A stretch of DNA of 64,000 bases from the human T2T-CHM13v2.0 reference genome, Homo sapiens, in NCBI RefSeq assembly GCF_009914755.1, contig NC_060932.1; one strand, 5' to 3'. Below the pieces are notes generated by a model. It made no database searches and had not been told where the DNA came from. It was given only the letters and a program-made list of their open reading frames with translations. The position numbers and the translations under genes are program-made. The first letter of the stretch is position 1, and each line of letters begins with the position of its first letter. Shown here piece after piece: positions 1 to 19,531 of the stretch.

Positions 1-1010
1 ATCACTTGATTAAGGTGGTATCTACCAGACTTCTCCAGTGTAAATTTACACTTCTCCCCTCTGTAATTAATACATATTTTGTAGGGAGGTACTTTGAGAA
101 CATATAGACATCCTGTTCCTCACCAATCTTTCAAGTTAGTCATTTACTTATTTACGTCATATTGAATCATGGTTCTATTTTATTCAGTGGATTTTAATCC
201 ATTCCTATCAAGCTGGCTTCTGCATCCTTTGGCACAACAAGATATTTCAGGCTCATCCTGTGCTTCCCTACTCAAACCCTGTATCAGCCACTTCTCCAAG
301 GGGTCCTGGATCCTTTTAGTGGAGAATGGTACTTAAAAATCAAGACCTCAGTGCTAGATTTGCTCATTGCTCTTGATGTGTACTACACTCAGGCCCTCAA
401 AAGGAGCAAAGCTAGGGAGCATACATATGCACACGCATACACACACACACGTACACACACACACACACACATATCTATATTGATTCCCATATCTACCCAT
501 CTGTGTATACTGAAAACTATGAACTCACGGTAATATCTCCAATTCCAAACTCTAACAGTAGAGAGCTCATCAGTTTTCTCCCTTTCCATATTTTCACTTC
601 CTTCTGTGACAGTGAGAAACTTTGCTCCTACTCTCCTCCATATCTTGACATATTGGAGCACTACTATATGTAATATCCCACCTTGTAGGCCCTGACACCC
701 CCCTGCCAGGTTGCCCTCCCCTAGGCAGGCCCCTCTCACCCTATTCGGACTCCCACACCCAGCACCAGGCTGCTGATTCCCCTCATCTAAAGCCCTCCTC
801 ACCCCACCTGGCCTCTGATGCCACATGCTGGGCTACCATAGGAATGTGCATCCCACCTTGCTTGGTATCTGACACCCGTGCCAGGCCCCCATCAGCCCCT
901 CGTGTGCATGCCTTTCTCACTCTGCATGGCTCCAACACCCCGCCCTGGTCTTCCTCCCTGCATGCCTCCGCACCTGAACTTGTTCAGACACTGATACCCT
1001 ACCTTTTGTC
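1..1010 (-). mobile_element. Ancient L1M (L1MC-like) 3' region fragment, with (CA)n at ~436-471 and a degenerate ~55-63-bp tandem array at ~680-1005
   Basis: TTAGTGGAGAATGGTACTTAAAAATCAAGACCTCAGTGCTAGATTTGCTCATTGCT is the reverse complement of the L1MC-type motif seen on + at ~24861-24920. Confidence 0.55.
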
Positions 1011-1674
1011 ACTGACCTGCCCAACCCCATCTAATAATGGCTTTTGAAATGGATTGTTCTGGAAGGAAACAGAAGGGAAAACAGATAAGAAAAAAGAATA
1101 GGACAACATTCTTCTTTAAATGCTAACTATGATTTCAAAGCTGTTTTTGAAAAATATTCTGTAAAAAGTGGTATGTCCCTTTTAAGTAAAGCTGTTTATA
1201 AAAGTTGTGTATTATTTAGGGACAACTCAAACAAACGAAATGCTATCATTTAAATTTAGGAACATGGAAGCAATATATAAGAAACTCAAGATGCAATAGT
1301 GGCTGAGAACAGAAATGTTTCCCTTTTTAGGTTATGTAGAAATTGGATTCTTTTTGTTCAGGAGAAAGGAGGTTTTGTTGTCATCAGAGTGAATGTGGGG
1401 TTGATCATCTGCAGTCTCTCTTTCTGCTTTGAAGAGAATACAGGGGAATCAGGGAAGGTGGCAGCCTCCCAAGACAGTAAGGAGGCTAGGAGGATACACT
1501 TAGGTTTACCTTTTATTAGCTTGGCTAATGCCACATGCAAATGAGGCATCCAGGCAGCTGGGAGAAGTGGAGGTGCCCAAAACTGGCCTGAAGTCCCAAA
1601 GTGTGTTCCTTCTTCAGGAGAGTCCTGACTCCAAGATAAGACTTTGAAGTGAATTATAAAGATTAGGACTGGTA

Positions 1675-2009
<335 letters not shown>

Positions 2010-2259
2010 TTACATCAGAACTGATAAAATATTAAAGACTGAATCCAACTATTAGGAAAGTTACCAAATTATACTATGGTGTTTCTTTTTTTTATGCTAG
2101 ATATACGTTTAAATTTCTGCTTTCAGCCATGATAGACTAGATTACACCCAACCAACTCTTCTACCAGGAACAACTAGAAAAGTTGGATAAAATACAAAAG
2201 TCATTTGTTTAAAAGCATCAGAAAACTACAAAAATAGCCAGGAATTAAGAGCTCAAGAT

Positions 2260-2500
2260 CCTGACTTTGAGTTCCCCCTGAAGCAGATCCCCAGGGAAGG
2301 ATTTGAACATAAGGAGGTGATGTCAGGAAGCATTATTAGGGAAGTGAGGAAGAGAAACAAGAAAGATAAGACAGCCAAAAAAAGCTGGTTCTTAAACAAA
2401 CTGCCACTGTGAGTAACTGGAGCTTGAGTCCACTGGGGAAATCAAGGAGACCTTTTTCCTCAGAGTTATCCCACCCAAAGGGCAAGGGGATCTGCGGCAT
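2260..2500. mobile_element. Ancient ERVL-class LTR fragment (LTR16/LTR33-like)
   Basis: Resembles recalled consensus (GAAGCAGA...GGAGGTGAT...AGGAAGCA...GGAAGTGAGG...AACTGGAGCT); highly diverged. Confidence 0.35.
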
Positions 2501-2700
2501 TTATGATCCAATTGCATTTTATTGGGTCTTCTTGACCATGATAGCAAAACTAGATAATGATACTGCAAAAAAGAAAAATTGTAGGCCATTCTCTCTTATG
2601 AACATAGATGCAAAAATCTGAAACAAAATATGAGCCAATCAAATATGGCTATATGCTATATATCCCATCGAGACTGGGCTTATTCCAAGAACACAAGACT

Positions 2701-3000
<300 letters not shown>

Positions 3001-3167
3001 AAATTTAATTTAAAAATATATTTTTAAAAAAACAAAAGTGGAGCAAAAGGCTAATTTATACTTAAAAATCAATCAATGTGATTTTACCATATGAATAAAA
3101 TAAAGGAGAAAATTATATGATCATCTACATAAGATGGTATTTAATATTCAGTGTGGATATTTATTAA

Positions 3168-3345
<178 letters not shown>

Positions 3346-3472
3346 AAAAGAACAATATGTGTTCATTTCCACTCAGCTAATTGCATGGCTTATTTTAAAT
3401 ATAATAGGTAAAATGACCAGGGTACAAAAGTAGCACACATTAATTATAAAATCAAGTTTTAAGGGGCTTGGG

Positions 3473-3740
3473 TGGCCAGGTGTGGTGGCTCACACACACC
3501 TGTAAGCTCAGGAGTTCAAGACCAGCCTGGGCAACATGGCAAAACCTCATCTCTACAAAAAATACAAAAATTAGCCAGGCATCGTGGTGGGTACCTGTAA
3601 TCCCAGATACTCAGTAGCCTGAGGTAGGAGGATCACTTGAGCCCAGGGAAGTCAAGGCTGCAGTGAGCCGAGATCGTGCCACTGCACTCCAGCCTGGATG
3701 ACAGAGTGAGACCCTGTCTCAAAATAAATAAATAAATAAA
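3473..3740 (+). mobile_element. Alu with left-arm internal deletion
   Basis: CCTGTAA joined directly to GCTCAGGAGTTCAAGACC. Confidence 0.9.
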
Positions 3741-4361
3741 AGGTTTGGGGGGACCTCTTGAACAGACAGATCTACATTGAGAATAATGACAATGACTATG
3801 AAAGAAAATGTGTATCTCTTATGAACCAGTGAGTTAAAACCAATTCTCAAGAGGTGACATATTAGAAAAGACTGAGAGAGGGCAAGACTCAGGCCAAATA
3901 TATAGGTAATTTATAGTATAGCTATGAATGTAGGAACCAACACATAGAAGCTTGAGTCTAGCAGATAAAGGAAACCAACATATGGGTCCAGAAATGGAGA
4001 GATGGATACCTTAAGTCATGATCCAAGTAAACCCTTAAATGTCAGTCTAAGTAGAGATGGAGCAAGTGGAAAGTGCATTCCCAGAAATGTGTGCCTTCTC
4101 AATTCCTAGCTGTTTGGGTAGCTTTCTGATGCCTTCAAATAGATAATTTTTGTATTTTACCCAACTTTTCTAGGAATGAAGCTAGTCTAGCGGAGAGTCA
4201 GGTCTAGTCAGTGGCCTAAAAGTAAAGGCCTAGTCAGCCAGCGGAGGCTCCACTGGTGCACGAGGCAGTTGCCAGTGTCGGAAGGCCCAGTACTAATCAT
4301 TCATTCAACTGACATTTACAGAGGGCAACCAAATTGCAAACCCATTCCTTTCCCTCAAAGT

Positions 4362-4380
4362 GGGCGCCATCTGGTGGGGA
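4362..4380 (-). promoter_or_regulatory. Candidate CTCF site (reverse orientation)
   Basis: Minus strand reads TCCCCACCAGATGGCGCCC, matching the CTCF core CCASYAGRKGGCRS; binding not shown. Confidence 0.55.
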
Positions 4381-4477
4381 AATGGGAAAGACAAGAGCAA
4401 ATGTTAAGAGAAACACAAAATTAGAGCAATGCAAAACGTATTTTATGAGCATGAAAAGGAGAACCCACCTCATTCTA

Positions 4478-4670
4478 GAGCTGCACTATCCATTATGCTA
4501 GCCATTAACCACATGTGGCTATTTAAATTAATTAAAATTAAAAATTCAGCTCCTTAGTCATGCTGGCCACATTTGAAGTTGTCAAAATCACATGTGCCTA
4601 ATGGCTGCCATATAGAACAACACAGATATAGGATATTTTGTTATGGCAAAAAGTTGCATTAGACAGCATT
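4478..4670. mobile_element. MER3-like hAT-Charlie MITE fossil
   Basis: TAGCCATTAACCACATGTGGCTATTTAAATTAATTAAAATTAAAAATTCAGCTCC...CCACATTT, typical of MER3. Confidence 0.75.
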
Positions 4671-4732
4671 TCAATTCTAGCAAATTCAGAGAAGGCTTTC
4701 TAATGCCTAAATTGACTCTAAAAATGCTTATC

Positions 4733-4850
4733 ATGGCTCATGTCCATAATTTGAGCACTTTAGAAGGCCAAAATGGGAGGATTGCTTGAGCCCAAAAGTT
4801 CAAGACCAGCCTGGGCAACATGACAAGACCCCTTTCTACAAAAAAAATAA
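4733..4850 (+). mobile_element. Alu left monomer/FLAM fragment
   Basis: GGAGGATTGCTTGAGCCC...CAAGACCAGCCTGGGCAACATG. Confidence 0.85.
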
Positions 4851-5559
4851 TAAATTTTTAAATGCATATGAACCAGTGCAAGATGTCACCAAATCACACA
4901 TAGGTAAAAGACTAATTCAAAGTACAAGACAGGCCAATGGGTTTTATGTAACAGAGCTTGTTACTCTGTTTATTGTGGTTTCAGATTTTATATTGCAACT
5001 AACTTTTAAGAAGCTACCATTGGTTTTATCATAATAGCAAAGAATATCCCCCAATTACTTTAAAAGACTATTAAAATACTCCTACTTCCTTCAACTACAT
5101 AACTGTGAGACTGGGGTTCATCCATTTTTTTAAAATGCATAGAATTTAGGCAAGGAAAAAACAAAAAAAAGTGGGATGACTATTAGTCCAAGAAGAGAAA
5201 ATGAACATGACAAAAAATAATAAATGAATCTAGAAATTCAGGCAGAAGCAGATCATTCAAGCCTATATGCCAGTAAATGAGCTTAGGTTTCATCCCATAT
5301 GTAGGAGGGCCCCAGATTAACTCTCAGTTCAACTCAGAATGCAAAGAAACCGCAGGCTTCTTTTAACCATGACTTATGTAATTGTCACAGTGGCAGGGAA
5401 AGAAGGTGTCAGAACGGCATCTAGATCCCTTTGCTGCTTTTGGATTCTCCCTGGCCTCTGTGGGGATGGGATCCCTCATCACTGCTTGCCCCCGATAATG
5501 GCTCTAGAGCCAGTTCATCCCAGCCATCAACATCTAATTGCACACATCTTTTCTCACAT

Positions 5560-5700
5560 CTGTGTTGGGTAACATGTTGATAGCTTGAAATCAACTACAT
5601 TAGTAGTTACACCACAGAAATTAGCAAACACTATGAATCTTTTAAACTGGGCTATTTTGGTTTTGTTTTCCTGGAGGGCTAATTTACCAGCACATCACCA
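5560..5700 (-). mobile_element. MER63-like hAT fragment
   Basis: TAATTTACCAGCACATCAC resembles the reverse complement of the MER63 terminus seen at 34323 and 38860. Confidence 0.5.
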
Positions 5701-6779
5701 ATTCCCACTTCCACGATAGCGTAGCTTCTAGGCCGGCCTCTCAGGTGGGACTCCCTGGCTGCTTCGGCCTGGTCTTGGCCTTCACCGGCCTCTGCAGATC
5801 CCTCTGAGTCTCCTCCACATCTCCCCAATGATTCTGGGCCAGGATTCAGGATCCCCTTGCATTTTGCTGTGGTAGACCCCAGGGAAACTCCTGGCTCTCG
5901 CTTCAGAAGACAATGTGAAGATGGGGCTACACAGGGGGACAGAAGTGACTAATACTGAGCCCTCAGCTCAAGAGGCCTAGATTCAGTCAGTAGTTATTTC
6001 ACACTTAGCCTGGATTTTTTTTTTTTTTTTTTTTTGCCTAGCAGTTTTGTGATGGTAATTCACTATTTCATAATGTTCAACATTTCTTTTTAGCCTAAAA
6101 GGTGCTATAGTCCTCCTTTTTCATTTGGCATATAATTAGGTATTCCCAGATAAGAGGCTTAAGACATGAAATTTCCGGGTTTTTTTTAACTTAAACAAGA
6201 TTTGTAAAGTTCAAAGTGATGTTTTTGGTCACAAGATCCCTCTGAAAAATTTTGTGGATGCTGTACACCACAAGACATATAGAAGCCCAAAAAAGAGAAG
6301 ATCACCAAGGGTCCCACGGATGACAAGACCTTGCGAATGGTGGCAAAGGCACCATTTACAAGCCCTCTGAGTCCACCCAGACACTCCTTCCCCTCTGCTG
6401 TGTTTGTGAGTTGTAGTTTGTTACGGTGACGGGGAGTAGGCTGAAGTCGGAGGTGCTTTTTGAAAGATTTGTGATATGCAATTTACAGTATAGGTCTTGT
6501 CAGCATTTACTCCCCTAAGCCAGCTTTGAGACAGCACATTCCCCACAGACACGTTTCCAGTGGACCCCACATGGTCAGTGATGTGGCCTGGAGGTCTGCA
6601 AGGCAAACTTCTGCCTGATGTCAGTTCACTGTCCTGGAACCCAGGGGAGGCTGTGGTTATACTGTGAGAAAAATAATCCCAGCAGAGGACCAGCTAATGA
6701 TGGGACAAAAGACTGCATCTTGTCTTTCTCCAGAAATGCCTAACCTTATGTCTATAGGAAGAGAGAAGACAGATTTATT

Positions 6780-8330
<1,551 letters not shown>

Positions 8331-8437
8331 GACAGAGCTGGGGTTAGGATGAGACAAGGGAGGCACTTGCCTGGGGCACAAAATTTAAAAGTGCCAAAAA
8401 AAAACCCTCATTAACCAAAATAAATAGTTTAACACAG

Positions 8438-8672
8438 GGCCAGGTGCAGTGGCTCACGCCTGTAATCCTAGCACTTTGGGAGACCAAGGTGGGTGGATCA
8501 CCTGAGGTCAAGTGAGACCAGCCTGGCTGGAACGTGCCTGTAATCCCAGCTACTCAAGAGGCTGAGGCAGGAGAATCGCTTGAACCCAGGGGGCGGAGGT
8601 TACAGTGAGCCAAGATCGCGCCACTTCACTCCAGCCTGGGCGAAAAAGCAAAACTCTGTCTCAAAAAAAAAA
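8438..8672 (+). mobile_element. Alu with internal deletion of the linker
   Basis: Alu consensus; TSD ATAGTTTAACACA at 8424-8436 and 9044-9056. Confidence 0.9.
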
Positions 8673-8678
8673 TGTGTG

Positions 8679-8709
<31 letters not shown>

Positions 8710-9046
8710 ATAAATGTATATATATACATTTATATATATAAATATATATATACATTTATATATATACATGTATATATATTTATATATATATAAATGTATA
8801 TATATTTATATTTATATATATATAAATGTATATATATTTATATTTATATATATATTTATATATATATAAATATATATATATACACATTTATATATATATA
8901 AATATATATATATACATTTATATATATAAATGTATATATACATATTTATATATATATAAATGTGTATATATACATTTATATATATAAATGTGTATATACA
9001 TTTATATATATATAAATGTGTATATATATACATTTATTTATATATA
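8673..9046. repeat. ~370-bp interrupted (TA)n array of palindromic units, expanded from the Alu tail
   Basis: Units such as TAAATGTATATATATACATTTA; lies between the Alu's TSDs. Confidence 0.95.
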
Positions 9047-10640
9047 GTTTAACACAAATATTTAAGAATCAAAGGTAATGCTAAAAAAAATTTCATGATG
9101 AACCAAATATCGACATTTTAAACAAAGACAAGCTGTGTGTTTTACTACCTGGTGTTATTGTACAGTGGGAACAGTCATTTCCAATCAGCCCACTGTTCTC
9201 AGATCCAGCCCTTCTAGCCTGTTGCATCCCCTAAGAGTTGACAGTGGCACATGAACAGATTGAGCAACACAGGGCTTTATATACAGTTATGTTTAGGGAC
9301 TGTTCAAAATATGAGAAGAAATTTTGATAAATGTACATAGAGATCCACATTTCTCTTTTTGCCTCAGGCTTCCCTATGGCTTAGCAGGGCACTGGAGACC
9401 GACCTCAGATGTCATAACTTTAGCCCAAATCTCTGCGTGCCAAGAGTGATCAAGGGCCCAGGGAGAATTGGCCTGGCCTCAGAGAGGTGAGGAGGATTTC
9501 CCGAGACTGTGAGCAGTCTGTCCTTTAAACACACTGAGCCACAAAGTGCAGAGCAGTGGAAGAGCCATGGTTAGTGTCAGGGGTCGCACGCATTTGTGGA
9601 GCAGATGTGAGGTGTCCACAGACCCCAGAGACCCTAAGCAACTGCTCTCAAAAGCAAGGCAGTGGGAAGAACAGGCAATGCCAGACAGACCGATAAATCA
9701 AGAGCAGAAACCAGCCACAAAGCAGGTGGGTCACTAATGGGAGATGAATCGAGTTGCTAAAAACCTGTGTTCCAAGGAAGCATTTAAGACTCGATTACTT
9801 AGGACAGAAACCTGCTCTCAAACACCAGGCCACCAAGGTCAGGGAATATTCAGCAGCAAGACGACTGGATGCTGAGTTCTTGTCCGTACTTCCCAGGTGA
9901 GGATCAGGCTCGGGGTAGGCAGAGAGGCCAAGACACTGGGCAAGGGGTGAAGGCGGGTAAGGGGCTTATGGCAGAAAGAGAAAAAGACATGGGCCACACC
10001 TGATCTCAGGAAGGTAGACCAGCAAACGCTTTGTAAACTTTGTTCAAGTGAGGTTGGAATTTCAGAATCCAAGTGTTGGTGCCTGGTTTTCACAAATCAG
10101 CTCTGTGGTGGTGGGAAGGACATTACATTAGGGGTTAGGAGACTCACCATCCTGAGGTATGACTGAGTTTCAATTGCCTCTTCTATAAAATGACGATATC
10201 CATTCAACCACTTGCTAAATAGGTGTCAGGACTGAAGAATGTAATGTAAGTGAAAGAACTTGGGGGAGAAAGCAACCTGTTCTTAATGTATAGTGTCATT
10301 TATTTTTTGTTGTTGTTGTTTGTAAAACATATTTACATCTGTTTCTAACTTAGTCCTCAAAGTTGCTCATTCATTCATCCAGGAAATAATTAAGAGTTGA
10401 TCATCTGCAGAAAGTGTTACACCAGGTGCTATGATATGTGTTGGCTGATCTTTTGGTTGCTAGAAATAAAAAATGAGGATCTTTGCAGATCTGGGCCTCT
10501 GGTAAAAACTTCTTTCTTTCTTTCCCTTATTTTCCCAGTATCTCTATAAACAGTCTCTGGTATGAGCCTGTTTGGGTGTACACAGTTAAATCTTCCACAG
10601 ATAATAGAAAAATTATTTTAAAATGTCTGCCATAAGCTAT

Positions 10641-10757
10641 GGGTTTTTTCTTGTTGTTTTTGTTGGTTTTTTTTTTTTAGATTCACTCTCTGTCACCCAG
10701 GCTGGAGTGCAATGGTGCAATTACGGCTCACTGCAACCTGGAACTCCTGGGCTCAAA
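10641..10757 (-). mobile_element. 5'-truncated Alu
   Basis: Right-arm sequence; TSD ATAAGCTAT. Confidence 0.85.
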
Positions 10758-10797
10758 TATAAGCTATTTTTAATTAAACTATTATTTATGAAATTGA

Positions 10798-11004
<207 letters not shown>

Positions 11005-11281
11005 TAAATGTAGTTTTTCTGGCTAATGAAATTATAATTCATTTTATTTTTCTTGTACTTTAATGTAATTTTTTTTATTATACTTTAAGTTTTAGGGTAC
11101 ATGTACAAAATGTCCAGGTTAGTTACATATGTATACATGTGCTATGCTGGTGTGCTGCACCCATTAACTCGTCATTTAGCATTAGGTATATCTCCTAATG
11201 CTATCCCTCCCCCCTCCCCACACCCCACAACAGTCCCCAGAGTGTGATGTTCCCCGTCCTGTGTCCATGTGTTCTCATTGT

Positions 11282-15098
<3,817 letters not shown>

Positions 15099-15161
15099 GA
15101 TGATGTTAGCTGGTTATTTTGCTCGTTAGTTGATGCAGTTTCTTCCTAGCCTCGATGGTCT

Positions 15162-16178
15162 TTACAATTTGGCATGATTTTGCAGTGGCTGGTACTGGTT
15201 GTTCCTTTCCATGTTTAGTGCTTCCTTCAGGAGCTCTTTTAGGGCAGGCCTGGTGGTGACAAAATCTCTCAGCATTTGCTTGTCTGTAAAGTATTTTATT
15301 TCTCCTTCACTTATGAAGCTTAGTTTGGCTGGACATGCAATTCTGGGTTGAAAATTCTTTTCTTTAAGAATGTTGAATATTGGCCCCCACTCTCTTCTGG
15401 CTTGTAGAGTTTCTGCCGAGAGATCCGCTGTTAGTCTGATGGGCTTCCCTTTATGGGTAACCCGACCTTTCTCTCTGGCTGCCCTTAACATTTTTTCCTT
15501 CATTTCAACTTTGGTGAATCTGACAATTATGTGTCTTGGAGTTGCTCTTCTCAAGGAGTATCTTTGTGGCGTTCTCTGTATTTCCCGAATCTGAATGTTG
15601 GCCTGCCTTGCTAGATTGGGGAAGTTCTCCTGGAAAATATTCTGCATAGTGTTTTCCAACTTGGTTCTATTCTCCCTGTCACTTTCAGGTACACCAATCA
15701 GATGTAGATTTGGTCTTTTCACATAGTCCCATATTTCTTGGAGGCTTTGTTCGTTTCTTTTTATTCTTTTTTCTCTAAACTTCCCTTCTCGCTTCATTTC
15801 ATTCATTTCATCTTCCATCACTGATACCCTTTCTTCCAGTTGATCACATCGGCTCCTGAGGCTTCTGCATTCTTCATGTAGTTCTCGAGCCTTGGCATTC
15901 AGCTCCATCAGCTCCTTTAAGCACTTCTCTGTATTGGTTATTCTAGTTATACATTCATCTAAATTTTTTTCAAAGTTTTCAACTTCTTTGCCTTTGGTTT
16001 GAATTTCCTCCTGTAGCTCGGGGTAGTTTGATCATCTGAAGCCTTCTTCTCTCAACTCGTCCAAGTCGTTCTCCGTCCAGCTTTGTTCCATTGATGGTTA
16101 GGAACTGCGTTCCTTTGGAGGAGGAGAGGCGCTCTGCTTTTTAGAGTTTCCAGTTTTTCTGCTCTGTTGTTTCCCCAT
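15162..16178 (-). pseudogene. L1 ORF1 (338-codon frame) with premature stops
   Basis: ATG at 16178 is in frame with the stop at 15162; TAA at codon 27 (16098-16100) and TGA at codon 49 (16032-16034); the C-terminal 248 aa are open. Confidence 0.93.
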
Positions 16179-17210
16179 CTATGTGGTTTTATCTACTTTT
16201 GGTCTTTGATGATGGTGATGTACAGATGGGTTTTTGGTGTGGATGTCCTTTCTGTTTGTTAGTTTTCCTTCTAACAGACAGGACCCTCAGCTGCAGGTCT
16301 GTTGGAGTTTGCTAGAGGTCCACTCCAGGCCCTGTTTACCTGGGTACCAGCAGCGGTGGCTGCAGAACAGCGGATTTTCATGAACCGCGAATGCTGCTGT
16401 CTGATCGCTCCTCTGGAAGTTTTGTCTCAGAGGAGTACCCGGCCATGTGAGGTGTCAGTCTGCCCCTACTGGGGGGCGCCTCCCAGTTAGGCTGCTTGGG
16501 GGTCAGGGGTCAAGGACCCACTTGAGGAGGCAGTCTGCCGTTCTCAGATCTCCAGCTGCATGCTGGGAGAACCACTGCACTCTTCAAAGCTGTCAGACAG
16601 GGACATTTAAGTCTGCAGAGGTTACTGCTGTCTTTTTGTTTGTCTGTGCCCTGCCCCCAGAGGTGGAGCCTACAGAGGCAGGCAGGCCTCCTTGAGCTGC
16701 GGTGGGCTCCACCCAGTTCCAGCTTCCCAGCTGCTTTGTTTACCTAAGCAAGCCTGGGCAATGGCGGGCGCCCCTCCCCCAGCCTGGTTGCCGCCTTGCA
16801 GTTTGATCTCAGACTGCTGTGCTAGCAATCAGTGAGACTCCGTGGGGGTAGGACCCTCCGAGCCAGGTGTGGGATATAATCTCCTAGTGCGCCATTTTTT
16901 AAGCCCGTCGGAAAAGGTATTAGGGTGGGAGTGACCTGATTTTCCAGGTGCCGTCTGTCACCCCTTTCTTTGACTAGGAAAGGGAACTCCCTGACCCCTT
17001 GCGCTTCCCGAGTGAGGCAATGCCTCGCCCTGCTTCAGCTCGCGCACGGTGTGCTGCACCCACTGTCCTGCGCCCACTGTCTGGCACTCCCTAGTGAGAT
17101 GAACCCGGTACCTCAGATGGAAATGCAGAAATCACCCGTCTTCTGCATCGCTCACGCTGGGAGCTGTAGACTGGAGCTGTTCCTATTTGGCCATCTTGGC
17201 TCGCCCCTCC
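16179..17210 (-). promoter_or_regulatory. L1 5'UTR: internal sense promoter with intact YY1 site (17189-17200) and antisense promoter
   Basis: GCCAAGATGGCC YY1 motif; CpG-rich; ORF0 ATG at 16761 on +. Confidence 0.8.
16761..16835 (+). pseudogene. L1 ORF0, truncated at codon 25
   Basis: Translates MAGAPPPAWLPPCSLISDCCASNQ, then TGA (CGA>TGA). Confidence 0.8.
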
Positions 17211-17467
17211 TAATGTAATTTTATTCTGTATTACATTTGTAATATGTATTATACTTACGAGACAATAATTTTTAATGTTTATACCTTTTGACAACATGAT
17301 AGCATTTCTAAGAATCTCTCCCCTAAGGAAATAATTTGAAACATGAATATATTTGATGATTGTAGTATTATATATAATAATGGAAAATTGAGACCATTTT
17401 GCTCAAGGCAGTTTCCTGAATTGTTTTTGAATGACCTCAAAATGTTGCTACTACAATTTGGAGATGG

Positions 17468-17485
17468 TGCCACTAGGTGGCACTA
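17468..17485 (+). promoter_or_regulatory. Candidate CTCF site (forward orientation)
   Basis: TGCCACTAGGTGGCACTA, a near-ideal CTCF core; binding not shown. Confidence 0.65.
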
Positions 17486-17690
17486 GAGAGTCTCTGCCAT
17501 GAGAGTCCAACTTCAAGGTTAGCTTGCAAACTTTCAGAGCCCAGCCTGACGGAATGTTCATTGAGAATCTTTATCAAAGTGATCTCAAAATGTTACCCAA
17601 AAGAACCACAAAAGCCTTTAACCAAGAAACCAGACTTTTAGAGATAAACTACAGAAAATAATAGGACTAAATGAACAAGATGTATGTACA

Positions 17691-18660
<970 letters not shown>

Positions 18661-18849
18661 GTATACAATAGCAAAAAATGTAAAACAACTTAAATGCCCG
18701 TCAGTGGTGGATTGAATGCATACATTACGATACCTTACTAATGACCAAGCTCTATATTTGACATGGAAAGACGTCCATTATACACTGTTGTTAAGTGACT
18801 AGAAAGCAGATTAAAGGACACTAACATAGAAGGTAATTTGTTATAACAG

Positions 18850-19080
18850 CTAAAAGCACACTATCTAGAGCCAAATGGTCTGGGTTCATAGTCCTACTAT
18901 TAGCTGTGACCTTGGGGAATTTTCTTAACCTCTCTAGGTTAAATGCAAATGATATTACTGTAAAATGAAAGTGATATTACTGCCTCACCACATTGCTGTG
19001 GAAATTAAACCGAGTATTACAGGTAAAGTCCAAGAATAGTGTCTGACATACAATAAGCTCTCGGCAACTGTAGCTAGCAT
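18850..19080 (+). mobile_element. MIR fragment
   Basis: TAGCTGTGACCTTGGGGAATTTTCTTAACCTCTCT...GTAAAATG...ATTAAA. Confidence 0.65.
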
Positions 19081-19361
19081 TATAATGTAAAGTGTGATCT
19101 CATTGTCTTCTTAAACATCCAATATATCTATATTTAGACACATGCATTTTCTAGAAAGACACGTATCAAAATGTTACAATTGTTATATCCCAGTGGTGAG
19201 ATTGCAGATAGTATTTTGATTAAAGCTTTTAATAATTTGGTGAAAAAAATTCTGATGATGGCTCTATATACTCAAATACAGAGATCTGTAACTATGACTT
19301 CCATACCATCTTTCTAATAAAAAATTAAATATGTATGTGTCTGTAATATATATATGTATTC

Positions 19362-19531
19362 TTTTTTTTTTTTTTTTCCTTTTTGAAAGAGGTGGTCTCA
19401 CTCTTACCCAGGCTGTAATGCAGTGGCGAGATCATGACTCACTACAGCCTTGATCTCCCCGGCTCAAGAGATCCTCCCACCTCGACCTCCCAAAGCGCTG
19501 AGATTACAGGCATGAGCCACCACACCCAGCC
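19362..19531 (-). mobile_element. Monomeric Alu (FRAM-like or arm-recombined)
   Basis: Alu consensus, monomer length. Confidence 0.85.

Larger units (their letters stand above)
8332..9393. mobile_element. MER96B-like hAT DNA transposon fossil, split by an Alu
   Basis: GAGGCACTTGCCTGGGGCACAAAATTTAAAAGTGCC...CATGATGAACCAAATATC...TTTGCCTCAGGCT. Confidence 0.5.

Noticed and set aside
8605-9033. Tyr/Ile-rich ORFs
   Set aside because: Translations of the (TA)n array
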